Assembly (NCBI RefSeq): GCF_009914755.1
Contig: NC_060938.1
Source of the DNA: the human T2T-CHM13v2.0 reference genome, Homo sapiens
Length of the DNA stretch: 64,000 nucleotides
Direction: 5' to 3' (one strand)
Positions 26,589 to 39,800 of this stretch are shown one piece after another. The position numbers and the translations under genes were made by a program. A model generated the notes under the pieces. It saw only the letters and a program-made list of their open reading frames with translations. It searched no databases and had not been told where the DNA came from. How positions within the stretch are numbered: the first letter of the stretch is position 1; each line of letters begins with the position of its first letter.

Positions 26589-29316
26589 CTAGCTTGTAGG
26601 GGAAGATATTCCCTTTATCACCATGGGCCTCAAACCGTCCGATAAGTCCACTTCCATATACTACAAAAAGAGCGTTTCAAACCTGCTCTATGAAAGGCAA
26701 TGTTCAACTCTGTGACTTGAATGCAGACATCACAGAGCAGTTTCTGAGAATGCTTCTGTCTAGATTTTATAGGAAGATATTCCCGTTTCCAACGAAATCT
26801 TCACAGCTATCCAAATATCCACTTGCAGATTTTACAAAAAGAGTGTATCAAAACTGCTCTGTCAAAAGGAAGGTTCTTTTCTGTTAGGTGAGTGCATACG
26901 TCATAAAGGAGTTTCTGAGAATGTTTCTGTCTAGTGGTTATGGGAAGATATTTGCTTTTTCACCGTAGGCCTCAGAGCGCTCCAAATATCCACTTGCACA
27001 TACTACAAAAAGAGTGCCTCAAAGCTGCTCTCTGAAACGGAATGTTCAACTCTATGAGTTGAATGCAAACATCGCAAAGACGTTTCTGAGAATGCTTCTG
27101 TCTAGATTTGATATGAAGATATTCCCGTTTCCAACGAAATCTTCAAATCTATCCAAATGTCCACTTGCAGATTCAACAAAAAGTGTTTTTCAGAACTGCT
27201 CTATCAAAAGAAAGATCCACCTCTGTTAGCTGAGTTCACACATCACAAACAAGTTTATGAGAATGCTTCTGTCTAGTTTTTATTTGAAGATATTTCCTTT
27301 CTCACCATAGAGCTGAAAGCTGTCCTAATGTTCACTTCCAGATACTACAGAAAGAGTGTTTCAAAACTGCTGTACGAAAGGGAATGTTCAACTCTGTGAC
27401 TTGAATGCACACATCACAAAGAAGTTTCTGAGGATGCTGCTGTCTACTTTTTATACGTAATCCCGTTTCCAACGAAATCCTCCAAGCTATCCAAATATCC
27501 ACTTGCAGATTCCACAGAAAGACTGTTTCAAAACTGCTCTGTCAATAGAAAGGTTCAACTCTGTTAGCTGCGTGCATATATCCCAAAGAAGATTCTGAGA
27601 TTGCTTCTGTCTAGTTTTTATGGGAAGATATTTCCCTTTTCACCGTAGGTGTCAAGGCGCTCCAAATGTCCACTTCCAGATACTACAAAAAGAGTGTTTC
27701 AAACCTACTCTGTGAAAGGGAATATTCAACTCTGTGACTTGAATGCACATATCACAAAGAAGTTTCTGAGAATGCTTCTGTCGAGATTTTATATGAAGAT
27801 ATTCCCGTTTCCAACGAAATGCTGAAATCTATCCAAATATCCCCTCGCAGATTCTACAAAAAGAGTGTTTCAAAACTGCTCTGTGAAAAGAAAGGTTCAA
27901 CTCTGTTAGTTGAGTACACACATCACAAACAAGTTTCACACAATGCTTCTTTCTAGCTTGTAGGGGAAGATATTCCCTTTATCACCATGGGCCTCAAACC
28001 GTCCGAAAAGTCCACTTCCATATACTACAAAAAGAGCGTTTCAAACCTGCTCTATGAAAGGCAATGTTCAACTCTGTGACTTGAATGCAGACATCACAGA
28101 GCAGTTTCTGAGAATGCTTCTGTCTAGATTTTATAGGAAGATATTCCCGTTTCCAACGAAATCTTCACAGCTATCCAAATATCCACTTGCAGATTCTACA
28201 AAAAGAGTGTATCAAAACTGCTCTGTCAAAAGGAAGGTTCTTTTCTGTTAGGTGAGTGCATACGTCATAAAGGAGTTTCTGAGAATGTTTCTGTCTAGTG
28301 GTTATGGGAAGATATTTGCTTTTTCACCGTAGGCCTCAGAGCGCTCCAAATATCCACTTGCACATACTACAAAAAGAGTGCCTCAAAGCTGCTCTCTGAA
28401 ACGGAATGTTCAACTCTATGAGTTGAATGCAAACATCGCAAAGACGTTTCTGAGAATGCTTCTGTCTAGATTTGATATGAAGATATTCCCGTTTCCAACG
28501 AAATCTTCAAATCTATCCAAATGTCCACTTGCAGATTCAACAAAAAGTGTTTTTCAGAACTGCTCTATCAAAAGAAAGATCCACCTCTGTTAGCTGAGTT
28601 CACACATCACAAACAAGTTTATGAGAATGCTTCTGTCTAGTTTTTATTTGAAGATATTTCCTTTCTCACCATAGAGCTGAAAGCTGTCCTAATGTTCACT
28701 TCCAGATACTACAGAAAGAGTGTTTCAAAACTGCTGTACGAAAGGGAATGTTCAACTCTGTGACTTGAATGCACACATCACAAAGAAGTTTCTGAGGATG
28801 CTGCTGTCTACTTTTTATACGTAATCCCGTTTCCAACGAAATCCTCCAAGCTATCCAAATATCCACTTGCAGATTCCACAGAAAGACTGTTTCAAAACTG
28901 CTCTGTCAATAGAAAGGTTCAACTCTGTTAGCTGCATGCATATATCCCAAAGAAGATTCTGAGATTGCTTCTGTCTAGTTTTTATGGGAAGATATTTCCC
29001 TTTTCACCGTAGGCGTCAAGGCGCTCCAAATGTCCACTTCCAGATACTACAAAAAGAGTGTTTCAAACCTACTCTGTGAAAGGGAATATTCAACTCTGTG
29101 ACTTGAATGCACATATCACAAGGAAGTTTCTGAGAATGCTTCTGTCGAGATTTTATATGAAGATATTCCCGTTTCCAACGAAATCCTGAAATCTATCCAA
29201 ATATCCCCTTGCAGATTCTACAAAAAGAGTGTTTCAAAACTGCTCTGTAAAAAGAAAGGTTCAACTCTGTTAGTTGAGTACACACATCACAAACAAGTTT
29301 CACACAATGCTTCTTT

Positions 29317-31018
29317 CTAGCTTGTAGGGGAAGATATTCCCTTTATCACCATGGGCCTCAAACCGTCCGAAAAGTCCACTTCCATATACTACAAAAAGAG
29401 CCTTTCAAACCTGCTCTATGAAAGGCAATGTTCAACTCTGTGACTTGAATGCAGACATCACAGAGCAGTTTCTGAGAATGCTTCTGTCTAGATTTTATAG
29501 GAAGATATTCCCGTTTCCAACGAAATCTTCACAGCTATCCAAATATCCACTTGCAGATTCTACAAAAAGAGTGTATCAAAACTGCTCTGTCAAAAGGAAG
29601 GTTCTTTTCTGTTAGGTGAGTGCATACGTCATAAAGGAGTTTCTGAGAATGTTTCTGTCTAGTGGTTATGGGAAGATATTTGCTTTTTCACCGTAGGCCT
29701 CAGAGCGCTCCAAATATCCACTTGCACATACTACAAAAAGAGTGCCTCAAAGCTGCTCTCTGAAACGGAATGTTCAACTCTATGAGTTGAATGCAAACAT
29801 CGCAAAGACGTTTCTGAGAATGCTTCTGTCTAGATTTGATATGAAGATATTCCCGTTTCCAACGAAATCTTCAAATCTATCCAAATGTCCACTTGCAGAT
29901 TCAACAAAAAGTGTTTTTCAGAACTGCTCTATCAAAAGAAAGATCCACCTCTGTTAGCTGAGTTCACACATCACAAACAAGTTTATGAGAATGCTTCTGT
30001 CTAGTTTTTATTTGAAGATATTTCCTTTCTCACCATAGAGCTGAAAGCTGTCCTAATGTTCACTTCCAGATACTACAGAAAGAGTGTTTCAAAACTGCTG
30101 TACGAAAGGGAATGTTCAACTCTGTGACTTGAATGCACACATCACAAAGAAGTTTCTGAGGATGCTGCTGTCTACTTTTTATACGTAATCCCGTTTCCAA
30201 CGAAATCCTCCAAGCTATCCAAATATCCACTTGCAGATTCCACAGAAAGACTGTTTCAAAACTGCTCTGTCAATAGAAAGGTTCAACTCTGTTAGCTGCG
30301 TGCATATATCCCAAAGAAGATTCTGAGATTGCTTCTGTCTAGTTTTTATGGGAAGATATTTCCCTCTTCACCGTAGGTGTCAAGGCGCTCCAAATGTCCA
30401 CTTCCAGATACTACAAAAAGAGTGTTTCAAACCTACTCTGTGAAAGGGAATATTCAACTCTGTGACTTGAATGCACACATCACAAAGAAGTTTCTGAGGA
30501 TGCTGCTGTCTACTTTTTATACGTAATCCCGTTTCCAACGAAATCCTCCAAGCTATCCAAATATCCACTTGCAGATTCCACAGAAAGACTGTTTCAAAAC
30601 TGCTCTGTCAATAGAAAGGTTCAACTCTGTTAGCTGCATGCATATATCCCAAAGAAGATTCTGAGATTGCTTCTGTCTAGTTTTTATGGGAAGATATTTC
30701 CCTTTTCACCGTAGGCGTCAAGGCGCTCCAAATGTCCACTTCCAGATACTACAAAAAGAGTGTTTCAAACCTACTCTGTGAAAGGGAATATTCAACTCTG
30801 TGACTTGAATGCACATATCACAAGGAAGTTTCTGAGAATGCTTCTGTCGAGATTTTATATGAAGATATTCCCGTTTCCAACGAAATCCTGAAATCTATCC
30901 AAATATCCCCTTGCAGATTCTACAAAAAGAGTGTTTCAAAACTGCTCTGTAAAAAGAAAGGTTCAACTCTGTTAGTTGAGTACACACATCACAAACAAGT
31001 TTCACACAATGCTTCTTT
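29317..31018 (-). repeat. 10-mer structural HOR variant (1702 bp)
   Basis: Anchor spacing 29418 to 31120. Junction lies within 30453-30477. Confidence 0.96.
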
Positions 31019-34000
31019 CTAGCTTGTAGGGGAAGATATTCCCTTTATCACCATGGGCCTCAAACCGTCCGAAAAGTCCACTTCCATATACTACAAAAAG
31101 AGCGTTTCAAACCTGCTCTATGAAAGGCAATGTTCAACTCTGTGACTTGAATGCAGACATCACAGAGCAGTTTCTGAGAATGCTTCTGTCTAGATTTTAT
31201 AGGAAGATATTCCCGTTTCCAACGAAATCTTCACAGCTATCCAAATATCCACTTGCAGATTCTACAAAAAGAGTGTATCAAAACTGCTCTGTCAAAAGGA
31301 AGTTTCTTTTCTGTTAGGTGAGTGCATACGTCATAAAGGAGTTTCTGAGAATGTTTCTGTCTAGTGGTTATGGGAAGATATTTGCTTTTTCACCGTAGGC
31401 CTCAGAGCGCTCCAAATATCCACTTGCACATACTACAAAAAGAGTGCCTCAAAGCTGCTCTCTGAAACGGAATGTTCAACTCTATGAGTTGAATGCAAAC
31501 ATCGCAAAGACGTTTCTGAGAATGCTTCTGTCTAGATTTGATATGAAGATATTCCCGTTTCCAACGAAATCTTCAAATCTATCCAAATGTCCACTTGCAG
31601 ATTCAACAAAAAGTGTTTTTCAGAACTGCTCTATCAAAAGAAAGATCCACCTCTGTTAGCTGAGTTCACACATCACAAACAAGTTTATGAGAATGCTTCT
31701 GTCTAGTTTTTATTTGAAGATATTTCCTTTCTCACCATAGAGCTGAAAGCTGTCCTAATGTTCACTTCCAGATACTACAGAAAGAGTGTTTCAAAACTGC
31801 TGTACGAAAGGGAATGTTCAACTCTGTGACTTGAATGCACACATCACAAAGAAGTTTCTGAGGATGCTGCTGTCTACTTTTTATACGTAATCCCGTTTCC
31901 AACGAAATCCTCCAAGCTATCCAAATATCCACTTGCAGATTCCACAGAAAGACTGTTTCAAAACTGCTCTGTCAATAGAAAGGTTCAACTCTGTTAGCTG
32001 CGTGCATATATCCCAAAGAAGATTCTGAGATTGCTTCTGTCTAGTTTTTATGGGAAGATATTTCCCTTTTCACCGTAGGTGTCAAGGCGCTCCAAATGTC
32101 CACTTCCAGATACTACAAAAAGAGTGTTTCAAACCTACTCTGTGAAAGGGAATATTCAACTCTGTGACTTGAATGCACATATCACAAAGAAGTTTCTGAG
32201 AATGCTTCTGTCGAGATTTTATATGAAGATATTCCCGTTTCCAACGAAATCCTGAAATCTATCCAAATATCCCCTCGCAGATTCTACAAAAAGAGTGTTT
32301 CAAAACTGCTCTGTGAAAAGAAAGGTTCAACTCTGTTAGTTGAGTACACACATCACAAACAAGTTTCACAGAATGCTTCTTTCTAGCTTGTAGGGGAAGA
32401 TATTCCCTTTATCACCATGGGCCTCCAACCGTCCGAAACATCCACTTCCATATACTACAAAAAGAGCGTTTCAAACCTGCTCTATGAAAGGCAATGTTCA
32501 ACTCTGTGACTTGAATGCAGACATCACAGAGCAGTTTCTGAGAATGCTTCTGTCTAGATTTTATAGGAAGATATTCCCGTTTCCAACGAAATCTTCACAG
32601 CTATCCAAATATCCACTTGCAGATTCTACAAAAAGAGTGTATCAAAACTGCTCTGTCAAAAGGAAGGTTCTTCTCTGTTAGGTGAGTGCATACGTCATAA
32701 AGGAGTTTCTGAGAATGTTTCTCTCTAGTGGTTATGGGAAGATATTTGCTTTTTCACCGTAGGCCTCAGAGCGCTCCAAATATCCACTTGCACATACTAC
32801 AAAAAGAGTGCCTCAAAGCTGCTCTCTGAAACGGAATGTTCAACTCTATGAGTTGAATGCAAACATCGCAAAGACGTTTCTGAGAATGCTTCTGTCTAGA
32901 TTTGATATGAAGATATTCCCGTTTCCAACGAAATCTTCAAATCTATCCAAATGTCCACTTGCAGATTCAACAAAAAGTGTTTTTCAGAACTGCTCTATCA
33001 AAAGAAAGATCCACCTCTGTTAGCTGAGTTCACACATCACAAACAAGTTTATGAGAATGCTTCTGTCTAGTTTTTATTTGAAGATATTTCCTTTCTCACC
33101 ATAGAGCTGAAAGCTGTCCTAATGTTCACTTCCAGATACTACAGAAAGAGTGTTTCAAAACTGCTGTACGAAAGGGAATGTTCAACTCTGTGACTTGAAT
33201 GCACACATCACAAAGAAGTTTCTGAGGATGCTGCTGTCTACTTTTTATACGTAATCCCGTTTCCAACGAAATCCTCCAAGCTATCCAAATATCCACTTGC
33301 AGATTCCACAGAAAGACTGTTTCAAAACTGCTCTGTCAATAGAAAGGTTCAACTCTGTTAGCTGCGTGCATATATCCCAAAGAAGATTCTGAGATTGCTT
33401 CTGTCTAGTTTTTATGGGAAGATATTTCCCTTTTCACCGTAGGTGTCAAGGCGCTCCAAATGTCCACTTCCAGATACTACAAAAAGAGTGTTTCAAACCT
33501 ACTCTGTGAAAGGGAATATTCAACTCTGTGACTTGAATGCACATATCACAAAGAAGTTTCTGAGAATGCTTCTGTCGAGATTTTATATGAAGATATTCCC
33601 GTTTCCAACGAAATGCTGAAATCTATCCAAATATCCCCTCGCAGATTCTACAAAAAGAGTGTTTCAAAACTGCTCTGTGAAAAGAAAGGTTCAACTCTGT
33701 TAGTTGAGTACACACATCACAAACAAGTTTCACAGAATGCTTCTTTCTAGCTTGTAGGGGAAGATATTCCCTTTATCACCATGGGCCTCCAACCGTCCGA
33801 AACATCCACTTCCCTATACTACAAAAAGAGCGTTTCAAACCTGCTCTATGAAAGGCAATGTTCAACTCTGTGACTTGAATGCAGACATCACAGAGCAGTT
33901 TCTGAGAATGCTTCTGTCTAGATTTTATAGGAAGATATTCCCGTTTCCAACGAAATCTTCACAGCTATCCAAATATCCACTTGCAGATTCTACAAAAAGA

Positions 34001-35110
34001 GTGTATCAAAACTGCTCTGTCAAAAGGAAGGTTCTTCTCTGTTAGGTGAGTGCATACGTCATAAAGGAGTTTCTGAGAATGTTTCTGTCTAGTGGTTATG
34101 GGAAGATATTTGCTTTTTCACCGTAGGCCTCAGAGCGCTCCAAATATCCACTTGCACATACTACAAAAAGAGTGCTTCAAAGCTGCTCTCTGAAACGGAA
34201 TGTTCAACTCTATGAGTTGAATGCAAACATCACAAAGACGTTTCTGAGAATGCTTCTGTCTAGATTTGATATGAAGATATTCCCGTTTCCAACGAAATCT
34301 TCAAATCTATCCAAATGTCCACTTGCAGATTCAACAAAAAGTGTTTTTCAGAACTGCTCTATCAAAAGAAAGATCCACCTCTGTTAGCTGAGTTCACACA
34401 TCACAAACAAGTTTATGAGAATGCTTCTGTCTAGTTTTTATTTGAAGATATTTCCTTTCTCACCATAGAGCTGAAAGCTGTCCTAATGTTCACTTCCAGA
34501 TACTACAGAAAGAGTGTTTCAAAACTGCTGTACGAAAGGGAATGTTCAACTCTGTGACTTGAATGCACACATCACAAAGAAGTTTCTGAGGATGCTGCTG
34601 TCTACTTTTTATACGTAATCCCGTTTCCAACGAAATCCTCCAAGCTATCCAAATATCCACTTGCAGATTCCACAGAAAGACTGTTTCAAAACTGCTCTGT
34701 CAATAGAAAGGTTCAACTCTGTTAGCTGCATGCATATATCCCAAAGAAGATTCTGAGATTGCTTCTGTCTAGTTTTTATGGGAAGATATTTCCCTTTTCA
34801 CCGTAGGCGTCAAGGCGCTCCAAATGTCCACTTCCAGATACTACAAAAAGAGTGTTTCAAACCTACTCTGTGAAAGGGAATATTCAACTCTGTGACTTGA
34901 ATGCACATATCACAAGGAAGTTTCTGAGAATGCTTCTGTCGAATTTTTATATGAAGATATTCCCGTTTCCAACGAAATCCTGAAATCTATCCAAATATCC
35001 CCTTGCAGATTCTACTAAAAGAGTGTTTCAAAACTGCTCTGTAAAAAGAAAGGTTCAACTCTGTTAGTTGAGTACACACATCACAAACAAGTTTCACACA
35101 ATGCTTCTTT

Positions 35111-36812
35111 CTAGCTTGTAGGGGAAGATATTCCCTTTATCACCATGGGCCTCAAACCGTCCGATAAGTCCACTTCCATATACTACAAAAAGAGCGTTTC
35201 AAACCTGCTCTATGAAAGGCAATGTTCAACTCTGTGACTTGAATGCAGACATCACAGAGCAGTTTCTGAGAATGCTTCTGTCTAGATTTTATAGGAAGAT
35301 ATTCCCGTTTCCAACGAAATCTTCACAGCTATCCAAATATCCACTTGCAGATTCTACAAAAAGAGTGTATCAAAACTGCTCTGTCAAAAGGAAGGTTCTT
35401 TTCTGTTAGGTGAGTGCATACGTCATAAAGGAGTTTCTGAGAATGTTTCTGTCTAGTGGTTATGGGAAGATATTTGCTTTTTCACCGTAGGCCTCAGAGC
35501 GCTCCAAATATCCACTTGCACATACTACAAAAAGAGTGCCTCAAAGCTGCTCTCTGAAACGGAATGTTCAACTCTATGAGTTGAATGCAAACATCGCAAA
35601 GACGTTTCTGAGAATGCTTCTGTCTAGATTTGATATGAAGATATTCCCGTTTCCAACGAAATCTTCAAATCTATCCAAATGTCCACTTGCAGATTCAACA
35701 AAAAGTGTTTTTCAGAACTGCTCTATCAAAAGAAAGATCCACCTCTGTTAGCTGAGTTCACACATCACAAACAAGTTTATGAGAATGCTTCTGTCTAGTT
35801 TTTATTTGAAGATATTTCCTTTCTCACCATAGAGCTGAAAGCTGTCCTAATGTTCACTTCCAGATATTACAGAAAGAGTGTTTCAAAACTGCTGTACGAA
35901 AGGGAATGTTCAACTCTGTGACTTGAATGCACACATCACAAAGAAGTTTCTGAGGATGCTGCTGTCTACTTTTTATACGTAATCCCGTTTCCAACGAAAT
36001 CCTCCAAGCTATCCAAATATCCACTTGCAGATTCCACAGAAAGACTGTTTCAAAACTGCTCTGTCAATAGAAAGGTTCAACTCTGTTAGCTGCGTGCATA
36101 TATCCCAAAGAAGATTCTGAGATTGCTTCTGTCTAGTTTTTATGGGAAGATATTTCCCTTTTCACCGTAGGTGTCAAGGCGCTCCAAATGTCCACTTCCA
36201 GATAGTAGAAAAAGAGTGTTTCAAACCAACTCTGTGAAAGGGAATATTCAACTCTGTGACTTGAATGCACACATCACAAAGAAGTTTCTGAGGATGCTGC
36301 TGTCTACTTTTTATACGTAATCCCGTTTCCAACGAAATCCTCCAAGCTATCCAAATATCCACTTGCAGATTCCACAGAAAGACTGTTTCAAAACTGCTCT
36401 GTCAATAGAAAGGTTCAACTCTGTTAGCTGCATGCATATATCCCAAAGAAGATTCTGAGATTGCTTCTGTCTAGTTTTTATGGGAAGATATTTCCCTTTT
36501 CACCGTAGGCGTCAAGGCGCTCCAAATGTCTACTTCCAGATACTACAAAAAGAGTGTTTCAAACCTACTCTGTGAAAGGGAATATTCAACTCTGTAACTT
36601 GAATGCACATATCACAAGGAAGTTTCTGAGAATGCTTCTGTCGAGATTTTATATGAAGATATTCCCGTTTCCAACGAAATCCTGAAATCTATCCAAATAT
36701 CCCCTTGCAGATTCTACAAAAAGAGTGTTTCAAAACTGCTCTGTAAAAAGAAAGGTTCAACTCTGTTAGTTGAGTACACACATCACAAACAAGTTTCACA
36801 CAATGCTTCTTT
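35111..36812 (-). repeat. 10-mer structural HOR variant (1702 bp)
   Basis: Anchor spacing 35212 to 36914. Junction lies within 36247-36271. Confidence 0.96.
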
Positions 36813-39800
36813 CTAGCTTGTAGGGGAAGATATTCCCTTTATCACCATGGGCCTCAAACCGTCCGAAAAGTCCACTTCCATATACTACAAAAAGAGCGTT
36901 TCAAACCTGCTCTATGAAAGGCAATGTTCAACTCTGTGACTTGAATGCAGACATCACAGAGCAGTTTCTGAGAATGCTTCTGTCTAGATTTTATAGGAAG
37001 ATATTCCCGTTTCCAACGAAATCTTCACAGCTATCCAAATATCCACTTGCAGATTCTACAAAAAGAGTGTATCAAAACTGCTCTGTCAAAAGGAAGGTTC
37101 TTTTCTGTTAGGTGAGTGCATACGTCATAAAGGAGTTTCTGAGAATGTTTCTGTCTAGTGGTTATGGGAAGATATTTGCTTTTTCACCGTAGGCCTCAGA
37201 GCGCTCCAAATATCCACTTGCACATACTACAAAAAGAGTGCCTCAAAGCTGCTCTCTGAAACGGAATGTTCAACTCTATGAGTTGAATGCAAACATCGCA
37301 AAGACGTTTCTGAGAATGCTTCTGTCTAGATTTGATATGAAGATATTCCCGTTTCCAACGAAATCTTCAAATCTATCCAAATGTCCACTTGCAGATTCAA
37401 CAAAAAGTGTTTTTCAGAACTGCTCTATCAAAAGAAAGATCCACCTCTGTTAGCTGAGTTCACACATCACAAACAAGTTTATGAGAATGCTTCTGTCTAG
37501 TTTTTATTTGAAGATATTTCCTTTCTCACCATAGAGCTGAAAGCTGTCCTAATGTTCACTTCCAGATACTACAGAAAGAGTGTTTCAAAACTGCTGTACG
37601 AAAGGGAATGTTCAACTCTGTGACTTGAATGCACACATCACAAAGAAGTTTCTGAGGATGCTGCTGTCTACTTTTTATACGTAATCCCGTTTCCAACGAA
37701 ATCCTCCAAGCTATCCAAATATCCACTTGCAGATTCCACAGAAAGACTGTTACAAAACTGCTCTGTCAATAGAAAGGTTCAACTCTGTTAGCTGCGTGCA
37801 TATATCCCAAAGAAGATTCTGAGATTGCTTCTGTCTAGTTTTTATGGGAAGATATTTCCCTTTTCACCGTAGGTGTCAAGGCGCTCCAAATGTCCACTTC
37901 CAGATACTACAAAAAGAGTGTTTCAAACCTACTCTGTGAAAGGGAATATTCAACTCTGTGACCTGAATGCACATATCACAAAGAAGTTTCTGAGAATGCT
38001 TCTGTCGAGATTTTATATGAAGATATTCCCGTTTCCAACGAAATGCTGAAATCTATCCAAATATCCCCTCGCAGATTCTACAAAAAGAGTGTTTCAAAAC
38101 TGCTCTGTGAAAAGAAAGGTTCAACTCTGTTAGTTGAGTACACACATCACAAACAAGTTTCACAGAATGCTTCTTTCTAGCTTGTAGGGGAAGATATTCC
38201 CTTTATCACCATGGGCCTCCAACCGTCCGAAACATCCACTTCCATATACTACAAAAAGAGCGTTTCAAACCTGCTCTATGAAAGTCAATGTTCAACTCTG
38301 TGACTTGAATGCAGACATCACAGAGCAGTTTCTGAGAATGCTTCTGTCTAGATTTTATAGGAAGATATTCCCGTTTCCAACGAAATCTTCACAGCTATCC
38401 AAATATCCACTTGCAGATTCTACAAAAAGAGTGTATCAAAACTGCTCTGTCAAAAGGAAGGTTCTTTTCTGTTAGGTGAGTGCATACGTCATAAAGGAGT
38501 TTCTGAGAATGTTTCTGTCTAGTGGTTATGGGAAGATATTTGCTTTTTCACCGTAGGCCTCAGAGCGCTCCAAATATCCACTTGCACATACTACAAAAAG
38601 AGTGCTTCAAAGCTGCTCTCTGAAACGGAATGTTCAACTCTATGAGTTGAATGCAAACATCACAAAGACGTTTCTGAGAATGCTTCTGTCTAGATTTGAT
38701 ATGAAGATATTCCCGTTTCCAACGAAATCTTCAAATCTATCCAAATGTCCACTTGCAGATTCAACAAAAAGTGTTTTTCAGAACTGCTCTATCAAAAGAA
38801 AGATCCACCTCTGTTAGCTGAGTTCACACCTCACAAACAACTTTATGAGAATGCTTCTGTCTAGTTTTTATTTGAAGATATTTCCTTTCTCACCATAGAG
38901 CTGAAAGCTGTCCTAATGTTCACTTCCAGATACTACAGAAAGAGTGTTTCAAAACTGCTGTACGAAAGGGAATGTTCAACTCTGTGACTTGAATGCACAC
39001 ATCACAAAGAAGTTTCTGAGGATGCTGCTGTCTACTTTTTATACGTAATCCCGTTTCCAACGAAATCCTCCAAGCTATCCAAATATCCACTTGCAGATTC
39101 CACAGAAAGACTGTTTCAAAACTGCTCTGTCAATAGAAAGGTTCAACTCTGTTAGCTGCATGCATATATCCCAAAGAAGATTCTGAGATTGCTTCTGTCT
39201 AGTTTTTATGGGAAGATATTTCCCTTTTCACCGTAGGCGTCAAGGCGCTCCAAATGTCCACTTCCAGATACTACAAAAAGAGTGTTTCAAACCTACTCTG
39301 TGAAAGGGAATATTCAACTCTGTGACTTGAATGCACATATCACAAGGAAGTTTCTGAGAATGCTTCTGTCGAGATTTTATATGAAGATATTCCCGTTTCC
39401 AACGAAATCCTGAAATCTATCCAAATATCCCCTTGCAGATTCTACAAAAAGAGTGTTTCAAAACTGCTCTGTAAAAAGAAAGGTTCAACTCTGTTAGTTG
39501 AGTACACACATCACAAACAAGTTTCACACAATGCTTCTTTCTAGCTTGTAGGGGAAGATATTCCCTTTATCACCATGGGCCTCAAACCGTCCGATAAGTC
39601 CACTTCCATATACTACAAAAAGAGCGTTTCAAACCTGCTCTATGAAAGGCAATGTTCAACTCTGTGACTTGAATGCAGACATCACAGAGCAGTTTCTGAG
39701 AATGCTTCTGTCTAGATTTTATAGGAAGATATTCCCGTTTCCAACGAAATCTTCACAGCTATCCAAATATCCACTTGCAGATTCTACAAAAAGAGTGTAT

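Noticed and set aside
3792-36362. Minus-strand 95-aa and 62-aa ORFs, and the 79-aa plus-strand ORF at 15744
   Set aside because: They appear only where a single SNV removes a stop codon or where the 10-mer junction fuses frames, so they are by-products of the variants described above.
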